Both the position numbers and the translations under genes were made by a program. From a virus, in the IMG/VR virus record IMGVR_UViG_3300009400_000005, positions 3,890 to 67,889 of that record: 64,000 nt of DNA. One strand, 5' to 3'. The notes beneath the pieces were generated by a model, which saw only the letters and a program-made list of their open reading frames with translations, was not told where the DNA came from and searched no databases. Numbering within the stretch: position 1 is the stretch's first letter; each line of letters opens with the position of its first letter. Shown piece by piece: positions 10,369 to 18,769 of the stretch.

Positions 10369-10446
10369 GGTAGAATGCAGGGAGAAAGCGGCCCCGCGAC
10401 GCATGAACGTCCGGGGCCCGGCCAATCTACTGAGGAGATTGACGCG
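10369..10446 (+). promoter_or_regulatory. TAGAAT -10 box plus two-hairpin leader of HNH cassette
   Basis: ggTAGAAT...GGCCCCG-C-GACG-catgaa-CGTC-CGGGGCC...CAATCT-actgagg-AGATTG enclosing the GAGGAG SD; homologous to 17430-17509. Confidence 0.7.
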
Positions 10447-11073
10447 ATGCAGCGTATCTGTTCTGTTGACGAGTGCTCGTCCCCGGCCACGGGTCGCGGC
10501 TGGTGCCGTGCTCACTACCAGCGCTGGCTCAAGTACGGGATCCCCACCGGCGGGCAGCCGCGATATAGCTCGGTCGCCGAGCGCTTCTTTGCGCAAGTTG
10601 ACACAGACGGGGCAGTTCCCGCCCACATGCAGCATCTGGGTAAGTGTTGGCTTTGGACTGGGTCTAAGCGTGCCTACTACGGCCGGATGCAGAATCCCAC
10701 GTCGGAAAGTGCCACGCATCGACTCTCCTATGCACTTGCTCACGGATCCGTACCGCCAGGTCTTTGGGTGCTCCATCGGTGCGACACACCCTTGTGCGTA
10801 AACCCGGCCCACTTGTGGGCTGGCACGCCCCTTGACAACGCCGTCGATCGAGACACTAAGGGTCGTAACAACGTTCCGCGCGGAATCGGACACTCGTTCG
10901 CAAAGGTCACCGACGAAGCCGTGCGTGCGATCAGGGCTGAATACGCCGCCGGGGGAAGCGGCCATCGTGGTCGCCGCGGCGCCATCACATACAGCAACCT
11001 GGCCGTGCGTTACGGGATCTCGCCAGCCGTAGTAGGCAGGATCGTCCGCCGAGAGAGGTGGACGCACGTCTAG
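10447..11073 (+). CDS. Free-standing HNH homing endonuclease (antisense to tail operon)
   Basis: GAGGAG SD; CSVDEC...GWCRAHYQRW N-terminus, CWLWTG, HRLSY, VLHRCDTPLCVNPAHLWAGTPLDN, C-terminal HTH. Confidence 0.92.
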   Translation: MQRICSVDECSSPATGRGWCRAHYQRWLKYGIPTGGQPRYSSVAERFFAQVDTDGAVPAHMQHLGKCWLWTGSKRAYYGRMQNPTSESATHRLSYALAHGSVPPGLWVLHRCDTPLCVNPAHLWAGTPLDNAVDRDTKGRNNVPRGIGHSFAKVTDEAVRAIRAEYAAGGSGHRGRRGAITYSNLAVRYGISPAVVGRIVRRERWTHV

Positions 11074-11091
11074 CGCAGCCATCAGCGCTTC

Positions 11092-11316
11092 CTAACTCCC
11101 CTCGGGCATCGAGTCGTAGAACTGCGCAGCCGCGTACATGAAGTGCCGGTAGGCAGGCAGACGAGGGCGCTGAGGCCGAGCGTCCGGATACCCGATCGGA
11201 CGTAAGTCCCGATCGAGCCCGTTGAACGCCCGGAAGCACTCAAGGTAATCACCGCCGCCTAAGCGCCAAACGCGAACGCAAAGCCACGCCTCGCGTTTGG
11301 CGCGAATCAGTTTCCC
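11092..11316 (-). CDS. -1 frameshift extension of tail assembly chaperone (G-T type)
   Basis: Slippery G GGA AAC (11316-11310) just before the chaperone stop; -1 frame open (KLIRAKREAWLCVRVW...FYDSMPEGS*) to TAG at 11092. Confidence 0.75.
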   Translation of the reverse strand, partial: GKLIRAKREAWLCVRVWRLGGGDYLECFRAFNGLDRDLRPIGYPDARPQRPRLPAYRHFMYAAAQFYDSMPEGS

Positions 11317-11873
11317 GATGTGTCAACTTCTCGGACCGCCGACTCGGTCATCGACAGCCGCGACAGCTTCAACACCTCGCTCTGGAGGTCAATCAGCGAG
11401 CCTGGCTGGCTTGCGAAGAAGTCTCGTAAAAGCTCGGCCGTGTCCTTGGGCCGCTGATCCTCCGGAATCCTGGTTCGGATCGCGCCGAGATCAGGTTTGC
11501 TCGTCGCGAACGCGACCGCGTAAGACGCCACCTTGAACTGGTTGACGACATCCTCGCCGCGCTGACGATCAGTTCCGGAGCGCTGACAGGTCTGCCACAT
11601 CTCCCAGCTGATTGAGTGCAACGTGAACTGCGTCTCAACCGGCGGCCCCGTCGGCGCGAGGTTCACCGCCAGAGTCTTGGTGTCGTCCTTGGCCTCTCCC
11701 GGCCGGACGCGGTTCTCGCCAAGGAAGTATTCGGTGAGCTGGTCAACCTCAGCGTCGGCGAGTGACTCTCCTCCGGCCGCCTTGTCGATCAACCCCTCTG
11801 TGCCGCCGCGAACCTCCTCGACGGGCTCGTCGTCTACGGGCTGAGGACGGGATGCTGCTGATGCTGCGGGCAT
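11307..11873 (-). CDS. Tail assembly chaperone
   Basis: Between tube and tape measure, GGAGG SD, ends in slippery GGGAAAC-TGA. Confidence 0.8.
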   Translation of the reverse strand: MPAASAASRPQPVDDEPVEEVRGGTEGLIDKAAGGESLADAEVDQLTEYFLGENRVRPGEAKDDTKTLAVNLAPTGPPVETQFTLHSISWEMWQTCQRSGTDRQRGEDVVNQFKVASYAVAFATSKPDLGAIRTRIPEDQRPKDTAELLRDFFASQPGSLIDLQSEVLKLSRLSMTESAVREVDTSGN

Positions 11874-12172
11874 GATGCCTCCGAGTGGTTAGAACTGCTG
11901 CGAAGGTGAGGAGAGCGGCTCATCGCCAGCGATGTCGCACCATCGCCGGTCAGTGGAACGTCTTCCTCGGATGCACGGGGCATGAGCCCCATGAAACTGT
12001 CAACAAAGTGGTGGGCGTAACGGCGGACGAACATCTCGTATTCGTCGGGGCTGATGCGATGCTCCACTTCGAGGCGAGCGATACGCACCAATAGCTGGTC
12101 GGCACCCCACGACGGCCGCTCCATGAGAACCGATTTCAGTTCGATTAGCACCCGTTCGGCGTCGGTCAGCAT
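11834..12172 (-). CDS. Hypothetical protein
   Basis: ORF between tube and chaperone, plausible helical sequence. Confidence 0.5.
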   Translation of the reverse strand: MLTDAERVLIELKSVLMERPSWGADQLLVRIARLEVEHRISPDEYEMFVRRYAHHFVDSFMGLMPRASEEDVPLTGDGATSLAMSRSPHLRSSSNHSEASCPQHQQHPVLSP

Positions 12173-12186
12173 TGCGCTGACCGCCG

Positions 12187-12735
12187 CTAGGACTGGAGTG
12201 AGTGAGTGTAAGAAATAGTCGGGAGCCCGGTTACGGGATCCGTCTGGTTGCCCTGAATCTCGAACGTCTGCAAAGGCCGCTCAGCCTCCCACCGCATGTC
12301 ATACGTGCGCGACTCGAGATCGGTCGTCGTTGAGAATCCCAGCGGCATGTTGTACAGCTTGCAACCATCCAACTGCCACACCTCAGCGCCGAGCGCCTGG
12401 GGATCGTCAAGCCATACCTGCAGGCTGAAATTCCGGATGTTCGGCCGGCCGGCGTCACGCAGCGCCCGCAGCGTCTTCAGGTCAGTGCCGACGAACCCGT
12501 AGATGTCGTCCTCCCAGTAGGAGTCAATCTTCTGGATCATCAACTGGCCGCCGGTGCGAGTGATGACACCGTCCTTGACGCCGTTGATGTTCAGACCCGC
12601 AAGAGGCACGTCGATCTGGGTGATGACGACGGTGGCGGTAACGCCAGTGCACTCGAATAGCTGCTTGCCGTTACGGATCGCGTAGCCGTAGCGGCCGTTA
12701 ATCCTGTAGGTCCCCTGGCTCTGCTGCTCAGGCAT
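12187..12735 (-). CDS. Tail tube protein (XkdM-like)
   Basis: RINGRYG...GKQLFEC...LQVWLDDPQALGAEVWQLDGC; directly after sheath. Confidence 0.85.
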   Translation of the reverse strand: MPEQQSQGTYRINGRYGYAIRNGKQLFECTGVTATVVITQIDVPLAGLNINGVKDGVITRTGGQLMIQKIDSYWEDDIYGFVGTDLKTLRALRDAGRPNIRNFSLQVWLDDPQALGAEVWQLDGCKLYNMPLGFSTTTDLESRTYDMRWEAERPLQTFEIQGNQTDPVTGLPTISYTHSLQS

Positions 12736-14245
12736 TGAGGCTCACGCTGACCGTGTTGAAAATTTGGCGTAGGGTTGGGCTGAACGCGAACCCGTACATG
12801 ATCGGAATGAAATCCTGACTGTCGTTCGGCGGACCGAACGTGGTGGTGTCCAGCACGACGGTCGGCTTGGGTTGAATCGCACCGTTCGCGACGCGCATAT
12901 CAGCAAGCTTGCGGCCCTCGCCGATCAGATATGCGCGCGACTGGTCGTTTACGTCGAGGTCGCCGATGTTCCCGTCCGTCTGCTCCTGGACGGTCAACAG
13001 GTCCATTTCGAAGCCCTGCATGACCGCGACGTACTTGACGCTGCCGTAGATGTTGACGCCGCCGTAGAGGAGGGGGCTGCGCTGATCGGTCGCGGACGTC
13101 GGGGTGATGAACGTGGTGCACCCCTGAGCGATCCGGACCGGCGCGTCCTGGCGACCATCCGCCGAAAGCACCGTCAGACCAAACGTCGGGGCGGCCGCAA
13201 TGTCAGCACTGGTAGCGGAGTCGGCGTTGAGCTGCCAGCCGGCGAACCGCGCCATGATCAAGTCGCGCCGCTCGCCGCGGCTGGCGATCACGCCCGCGAC
13301 TCTCGGGGCGCCCTGTGCCGTGCTGATGTTCGTCGGACTGCCGGGCACGAGGTTGAAGTCGGTGATCGTGCCCTGACCGAGCCGGACGATGTTGTGATCG
13401 TTCAGACTTGACGCGGCGGTCTGCGAAGTCGTGTTGCTCTCCGCGATCAGGCCGCCGAGTACGAGACTGCAGCGGTAGCCGGTGGTGTTCAGCGTCTGCT
13501 CCCACGCCTGCGCGGACGCGACGATCGTCGGATCGGTCAGGTTCGCGAACGCCACGACACGGAACGGGACCTTGCTGAGTGCGTTGAACGCGGCGGAGTA
13601 GTCAGCGCCAGCGAGCATCGACCCGTCTAGGCCGCCGGTCAGCGCGACGCTGGATACGAGCGCCAGTGCGGTCCCGTCGAGGACGAGGGTGGCGGTGACG
13701 TAGGAGGAGACGGCGTTGATCTGCGCGACCAGAGGCGCGAGGCTCGCGCTCGTGTAGTTGTACAGCTCAACGAGCGTGCCACCAAGGAAGATGAGTAGCT
13801 GCGATTGGCCGCCAATGACGCCCGCGCGGACCGTGACGGAGAGACTGTTGCCGCGGGAGCCGGGGTTCTTCGCGGTCAACGTCACCGCGTTCGCGGGGGT
13901 ACCGGCCGTGTTCTGCAATGTGCGTGTCGAGGACGCGATCGTTCCCGAGGCGCCCATCCGGCAGACCTGCACAGCGCCGGCGCCACCCTTGCCCGCCACC
14001 CCTTCGCCGAGGAAGGCCTGGAACACGGCGCGCCGTAGATCGGAGTCGTCGGGGCCGAAGACGGCCTGGAATTGCTGGTAGCTTGTCATCAACTGCGGCG
14101 ATAGGTACGGCCCCCATGTATGGACGCCGCCGATCGCGACAATCGACCCGGGGGATGGAGTGACCGCTGCGTTGGGGGGAGATACGAATTCGGTGTAGGA
14201 GCCGGGCTGCGCGGGGCGGGCGGGAGGTGTGAACGGGCCGGCCAT
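12728..14245 (-). CDS. Contractile tail sheath protein
   Basis: QPGSYTEF, WGPYLSPQLMTSYQQFQAVFG, TAKNPGSRGNSLSV, LTGGLDG, RVAGVIA motifs; 505 aa. Confidence 0.92.
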   Translation of the reverse strand: MAGPFTPPARPAQPGSYTEFVSPPNAAVTPSPGSIVAIGGVHTWGPYLSPQLMTSYQQFQAVFGPDDSDLRRAVFQAFLGEGVAGKGGAGAVQVCRMGASGTIASSTRTLQNTAGTPANAVTLTAKNPGSRGNSLSVTVRAGVIGGQSQLLIFLGGTLVELYNYTSASLAPLVAQINAVSSYVTATLVLDGTALALVSSVALTGGLDGSMLAGADYSAAFNALSKVPFRVVAFANLTDPTIVASAQAWEQTLNTTGYRCSLVLGGLIAESNTTSQTAASSLNDHNIVRLGQGTITDFNLVPGSPTNISTAQGAPRVAGVIASRGERRDLIMARFAGWQLNADSATSADIAAAPTFGLTVLSADGRQDAPVRIAQGCTTFITPTSATDQRSPLLYGGVNIYGSVKYVAVMQGFEMDLLTVQEQTDGNIGDLDVNDQSRAYLIGEGRKLADMRVANGAIQPKPTVVLDTTTFGPPNDSQDFIPIMYGFAFSPTLRQIFNTVSVSLNA

Positions 14246-14248
14246 GAG

Positions 14249-14566
14249 TTAGACCTTCACCTCGTCGCGCTTCAACCACGCCTCGACCCTCTTGAGCGCC
14301 TGACCGCGCGTCAACTCCGTCTCCGCGTGCTTGGCGTCCTCGAGGATCTTCTGGCTCTCGTCGTACAGGGCGCCGACGATCACATGCCACTCCTGGCGGA
14401 GAATCTGCGGGCCATCGGCCGGGTCAAGGAGCCGGGCGAGACTGAATTTGTCGCGCGCACCCGGAGTCTCCTCATCGGTGGGAGGGCCGGTGGCGGCGGC
14501 TTCGGCTTGGCGCTGATCGGTGACCTGAACGGCCACTGCAGCGTCCTTGGTTTCATCACTAGCCAC
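14249..14566 (-). CDS. Small pre-sheath hypothetical protein (leaderless GTG start)
   Basis: GTG at 14566, 7 nt after TACTCT; C-terminal ALKRVEAWLKRDEVKV similar to small pre-sheath genes. Confidence 0.6.
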   Translation of the reverse strand: MASDETKDAAVAVQVTDQRQAEAAATGPPTDEETPGARDKFSLARLLDPADGPQILRQEWHVIVGALYDESQKILEDAKHAETELTRGQALKRVEAWLKRDEVKV

Positions 14567-14607
14567 GATTCTCAGAGTAACCGGACTCCAATAGCGCAAG
14601 TACACGC
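14567..14607. repeat. Exact 41-bp direct repeat, copy 1 (contains minus-strand -10 box)
   Basis: gattctcagagtaaccggactccaatagcgcaagtacacgc identical to 21039-21079. Confidence 0.95.
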
Positions 14608-14635
14608 GGGGACCGTGGTATTGTTTTACTACACC

Positions 14636-15277
14636 GTGACTAGTCCAAGTCTTCCAACAGCAGAGCGGTTCTGGCCGAAGGTGGATAGGAATGGTCCGGC
14701 GCCGAGTTGTCTCCCAGACGCGGGAGGGTGCTGGCTCTGGACCGGCACTAAGAACAGCAACGGCAACGGCGTTCTGACTGTCCCGGTCAACCGTCAGATT
14801 GGCACACACGTATGGGCATGGGAGAACCTACACGGACCAAAACCAGCGGGGAAGATTGTCTACCATCAGTGTCGCGTCCCGCTCTGTGTAAACCCTGAAC
14901 ACCTACGGCTCGGCACTCGCGCCGACGCGGCCCGCCACTTCCGTGATCCGCATTGTCCTCGTGGCCACCTCTATCCCGAGAATCGCCCGAGTGGCATGGA
15001 ATGTCGAGCCTGTCTCCTAGAGAACGCGGGGCCGTGCACTATGTGCGGAGGGCAGAAGAGGGGGCGCGACCTCTGCTCCGCTTGTTATCACGACAAGCAG
15101 AGGGAGGCGCGACGCGCGATTCAGCGCCTATGGCATGAAGGCCGGTCGCTCAAGGAAATCGCCTCGACTCTCGGACGTACCGTCAACTCGATCGGCAGCT
15201 CGATCTGCGATATGCGCGCAGACGGCTGGGATGTTCCCTACCGGCAGAACCGCCGCGCCGAGAAGACAGCCGCCTAG
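14636..15277 (+). CDS. Free-standing HNH endonuclease (antisense to tail operon)
   Basis: ERFWPKVDR...CWLWTG...HVWAWE...HQCRVPLCVNPEHL, HCPRGH, Cys fingers and HTH; upstream TGGTATTGT. Confidence 0.88.
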   Translation: MTSPSLPTAERFWPKVDRNGPAPSCLPDAGGCWLWTGTKNSNGNGVLTVPVNRQIGTHVWAWENLHGPKPAGKIVYHQCRVPLCVNPEHLRLGTRADAARHFRDPHCPRGHLYPENRPSGMECRACLLENAGPCTMCGGQKRGRDLCSACYHDKQREARRAIQRLWHEGRSLKEIASTLGRTVNSIGSSICDMRADGWDVPYRQNRRAEKTAA

Positions 15278-15912
15278 GGCGCCGTCGGGATCGTGTACAC
15301 GTCCGGTGGTGACGAGTAGCCCGACAGCCCCTTCTTCGTCGCGATGATCCTCCGCAACGGTATCTGCGGATCCGCGCGCGCCGCCGATGTCAACGGTGAC
15401 ACCTGCGACCACACGCTTCCCTGACGCCACCACGTCAACGTCAAATCAGCAGCGACCGTCTGCAACCGCGGATTCGCGGGATCCGCGATCGGCCGGATCG
15501 CCAGCTGCGCGATGTTCGCATAGTCACAGTACGCGCGCGGCGGGTTCACGCCGCTCGTCGTGTCACCCACGAAATCCCAGAGCGGTACGACGTCACCGCG
15601 CGTCGACGGAGCGTTACCGACGACTTTGAACGCGTAGAACATCTGCTCCTCAAGCTGAGCGGCTGCGATCTCCGCGGCTTCGCGCGTAGCAGCCTCCGCG
15701 AGATACGCGTGCACCGTATAGGGGGCGGAGAGCTGCAGGGAGTGAGCGCCGTACTTCCCGAGGATCACCTGCGCCCCGTTCTGCGTGACAAGGGCAAACG
15801 GTCTGGTCGGGTTCACTGACTCAAGGGCGATCCTCACATCCCATGGCGCGGGAAGAATGGACGCGGCATATCTCTGCAGAGACTTCAGGCAGTCAAGAGC
15901 GGTGCGGGCCAT
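15274..15912 (-). CDS. Tail terminator/completion protein (putative)
   Basis: Position after HK97 gp10-like gene; TRPFALV, YTVHAY motifs. Confidence 0.55.
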   Translation of the reverse strand: MARTALDCLKSLQRYAASILPAPWDVRIALESVNPTRPFALVTQNGAQVILGKYGAHSLQLSAPYTVHAYLAEAATREAAEIAAAQLEEQMFYAFKVVGNAPSTRGDVVPLWDFVGDTTSGVNPPRAYCDYANIAQLAIRPIADPANPRLQTVAADLTLTWWRQGSVWSQVSPLTSAARADPQIPLRRIIATKKGLSGYSSPPDVYTIPTAP

Positions 15913-16430
15913 CACGCCACCGCCGCCAGCTGATCGCCGCGCAACATCGCAGCGAGGATCGGCTCGGCGATCGACGCGAACTCCGCCTCCGTTGCCAGTG
16001 CGCCGACCTGGAACATGTGCACTCCCGTGATCCCGCTGACTTCGTGTCCCTTTGAGCCCCACAGCTCGCCACCGGGCATCGCGAACACCAAAGCCTGAGC
16101 GCTAACCGGCTTGACGAAATGCGAGACCGTCCCATGCTCAATCCATTTCCCGACCGGATCATCCGTCGCCACCGCAATCTCAAAACCCCCGAACGCGATC
16201 ACCGCCGGGGTCAAGTAGATCGAATCGCGCAACGTTCCCAGCTTGCGCCCACCGCGAAGCTGAACCCACTCCGACTCAGACCAGCCCTCCGGGATCTTCG
16301 CGATCGGCGTGCGCTCCCGCACCAGCGCCCAGAACCGGCGGCCCACCGCGCGCGTGATCGCAAACCCCGCACGCTCAGCCACCGCCGGGTTGAACATCGC
16401 ATTGAAAGAGCCCGTCTGCTTGTAGGGCAT
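15912..16430 (-). CDS. HK97 gp10-like neck protein
   Basis: VRERTP...GTLRDSI...KWIEHGT...GVHMF motifs. Confidence 0.8.
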   Translation of the reverse strand: MPYKQTGSFNAMFNPAVAERAGFAITRAVGRRFWALVRERTPIAKIPEGWSESEWVQLRGGRKLGTLRDSIYLTPAVIAFGGFEIAVATDDPVGKWIEHGTVSHFVKPVSAQALVFAMPGGELWGSKGHEVSGITGVHMFQVGALATEAEFASIAEPILAAMLRGDQLAAVA

Positions 16431-16840
16431 CAGGCCGAGCCCACATCTTCAGCGATCACACCGAATCCCCAATATCCAATTCGATGCCGACCGTTGTTTA
16501 GAAGTTCGGCCTCACCCGAGACATCGATAAGCGGCGTGCCGAGAGGCCCTGCATCCGTAAACTGAAGGCGATCTGAGGCCGTGATAGTCACGGGGTTCCC
16601 GTCATCATCAACGTCTGAGGTCAGAAACTCGAATTTGCGGACGATCTCCTCGGCCGTGTCGCCCACGTTCGCGCCGGCCTCGGAACGCGTGTTCTGTAGC
16701 GATACAAGCATCAGCCTGGCGCGGAACGTTGCACCGACCTGTGCTGGCGTATCTGTGAACTGGCCCTGACTATTGCGACTGGCGGTGGTTCGCGATGAGC
16801 GCAGAACGTACGCTTCATGGATAAGCCCGCTGAGCGTCAC
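16430..16840 (-). CDS. Head closure/head-tail joining protein (putative)
   Basis: RNSQGQFT...FRARL...ITASDRLQF; position. Confidence 0.6.
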   Translation of the reverse strand: MTLSGLIHEAYVLRSSRTTASRNSQGQFTDTPAQVGATFRARLMLVSLQNTRSEAGANVGDTAEEIVRKFEFLTSDVDDDGNPVTITASDRLQFTDAGPLGTPLIDVSGEAELLNNGRHRIGYWGFGVIAEDVGSA

Positions 16841-16844
16841 CCAT

Positions 16845-17429
16845 TCAGTCTAGGCGTTTGCCTTGCCGCCACATCCGTTTCCGGAGAATCCGACAAGTAC
16901 GACACTGCCGGCTTCCGTTCGCCCTCACGACCGTGTTCGTCTCATCGAACGGATGACCACGCTTGCAGTGAGTCATCGCTCGATGACGCATGCCTTCTGT
17001 CTTGCCAGGGTCGCCTCGTCTTGAGTTTTCACGTGGAGTCACAGCCTCCAAATGCGTTGGGCGCACGCATGACGGGTTTCGACAAAGGTGATCAAGATGG
17101 AGTCCGTCGGGAATCGCACCATTGATTTCGATCCAGAGCCAGCGGTGAGCCAACGCCCCACGGGAGCCGCCTGCAAAGCGTCCGTAGCCATGCGGGTCTT
17201 GCGCTCCGATCCAGATCCAGCAGCATCCAAGATCGGTGCGTGCCCCAGGAATTGGTCCATGCTGATAGACCATGGACCAGAACCGCTCTGCGGGAGTCCC
17301 CTGAACTCGAAGACGAGCTTGGCCTAGCGGGTTGCCGCACCGCAGCCAGCGCTTGTAGTGCCGATTGCACCAGTCGCGATATACGACCCGTTGACCGCAT
17401 CCTTCGATTGAGCATGTACCCTGCTCCAC
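16845..17429 (-). CDS. Free-standing HNH endonuclease
   Basis: CSIEGC...WCNRHYKRW, CWIWIG, AHRWLW, HLDHLCRNPSCVRPTHLEAVTPREN, HCKRGH; AGGAGG SD. Confidence 0.92.
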   Translation of the reverse strand: MEQGTCSIEGCGQRVVYRDWCNRHYKRWLRCGNPLGQARLRVQGTPAERFWSMVYQHGPIPGARTDLGCCWIWIGAQDPHGYGRFAGGSRGALAHRWLWIEINGAIPDGLHLDHLCRNPSCVRPTHLEAVTPRENSRRGDPGKTEGMRHRAMTHCKRGHPFDETNTVVRANGSRQCRTCRILRKRMWRQGKRLD

Positions 17430-17509
17430 GTCGAGCCTCCTGTTTAGGCTTGGCCGGGCCCGGGACGTTCACGCGTCGCCGGGCCGCTACTTACTGGACG
17501 ATTCTACTC
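17430..17509 (-). promoter_or_regulatory. TAGAAT -10 box plus two-hairpin leader of HNH cassette
   Basis: gagTAGAAT...GGCCCGG-C-GACG-cgtgaa-CGTC-CCGGGCC...AGCCT-aaacagg-AGGCT; covaries with 10369-10446. Confidence 0.7.
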
Positions 17510-18196
17510 GTTCCAGCCGCCGCCGGAGGAATCGCCGCCCCAACTGCCAGCGATGCCAGGGCTGCCGAAGCCCGGCATGGAACCAGCACCTGCGGGAGCG
17601 TTCCAGGTGTCAGTCCAGTCCTGCTCAACAGTGACCGATGCGGGCATCGGGGAGCCGAGTCTCATCTGCCAGTAGGAGAACTGGTCACCCGTGCACAGCA
17701 GCCACAGCAGGTCTGACAGTTCGCGCCAAGGGTTGATCTGCGGGTTGCTCACCGACGACCCGCGGCCGCGCAGCACTGTCTCAGACGGATTGCGCTCCTC
17801 GCTGTAGGACCCCGCCTTGAACTTCGACAGATAGTCCTCTCCCACGGTCACCTGCATGTAGTCCGTTGACTCGTGCGTTGCCTCCTGCACTGCCCGCAAG
17901 ATGACTGCGCGGAATCCGATCGGTCCCAGATCCAAGGTCGAGCCGTAGGATCCAGTGTCGGGGTAGCCGCTAATCCAATTCCACGCCTGCGGGTTGATCT
18001 GCTGGACAGCGAGCGTCGAGTCGACCTCCCGGCCCGTCGTATTCGCCACGTACGCCACCGCGGTCTGACAGAACGAGTCCATCGGATCGGCGACACCCTG
18101 CACCGATGGCGGGAACCCCAGGCGGGTCAGGAATTGCGCGGGGATGCGGGCGCGTAGATCAACGGCGGTGGGTGGCAGGTTGATCGGAACGGGCAT
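17504..18196 (-). CDS. Head-tail connector/adaptor protein (putative)
   Basis: After capsid genes; AVAYVANTTGR, SKFKAGSYSEER motifs; leaderless TACTCT-6nt-ATG. Confidence 0.6.
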   Translation of the reverse strand: MPVPINLPPTAVDLRARIPAQFLTRLGFPPSVQGVADPMDSFCQTAVAYVANTTGREVDSTLAVQQINPQAWNWISGYPDTGSYGSTLDLGPIGFRAVILRAVQEATHESTDYMQVTVGEDYLSKFKAGSYSEERNPSETVLRGRGSSVSNPQINPWRELSDLLWLLCTGDQFSYWQMRLGSPMPASVTVEQDWTDTWNAPAGAGSMPGFGSPGIAGSWGGDSSGGGWNE

Positions 18197-18269
18197 AGTG
18201 ACAGAGTAACGGCGCCCGGAGGAGCGCCGTTCACCTAGCTGGGATCACCTCCGCGAGGGGGACGGAAGA

Positions 18270-18767
18270 TCAGTCGTCGCCGGAAGGCTGCGCCGGCTTC
18301 GGCTTGCGAGTCGACGACACGCCCGAAGCCTCGTCCTGCGCTTCGCGTTGCTCAACCAGACGCTGCCCGGCGTCAGACTGCTCAAACGACTCCGCTTCGG
18401 AAATATGGTCCTTCGCGATGCCGCTGCCGCCGCACTGCTCGTACGGCAGCGCGCCGTAATAGTTCGAGCCGAGATGGTCCTCTGCGACGTACACCACCCA
18501 CGCGTCGTCGAGCTGCCCGCCGTGAATCTCTGCCGCTTTGACCTTCTCCAGGCCGGCGGACTTCGCGACCTGAGCCAGCTTCAGCTCGGGCGTGTCGACA
18601 CCATCGTCGGAGTGCAGCAGCCGGTGATGGCGCAGCAGCAGAGCTTTCTGCAGGGGGCCGGGCGTTGAGGAGTAGACGGCGTCGATCAGGTCGGCGGCGT
18701 TGCCGGCGATCCCGCCCTCGCGGATAAGATCGGCCGGGCGGACGTGTGGCTTTTCGCGATCAGCCAT
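18270..18767 (-). CDS. Hypothetical virion-associated protein
   Basis: ORF directly downstream of major capsid gene. Confidence 0.6.
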   Translation of the reverse strand: MADREKPHVRPADLIREGGIAGNAADLIDAVYSSTPGPLQKALLLRHHRLLHSDDGVDTPELKLAQVAKSAGLEKVKAAEIHGGQLDDAWVVYVAEDHLGSNYYGALPYEQCGGSGIAKDHISEAESFEQSDAGQRLVEQREAQDEASGVSSTRKPKPAQPSGDD

Positions 18768-18769
18768 GA

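Noticed and set aside
9859-10446. Long N-terminal extensions of the + strand HNH ORFs (also 14120-14635)
   Set aside because: Antisense to tape measure/sheath genes; real starts at 10447 and 14636
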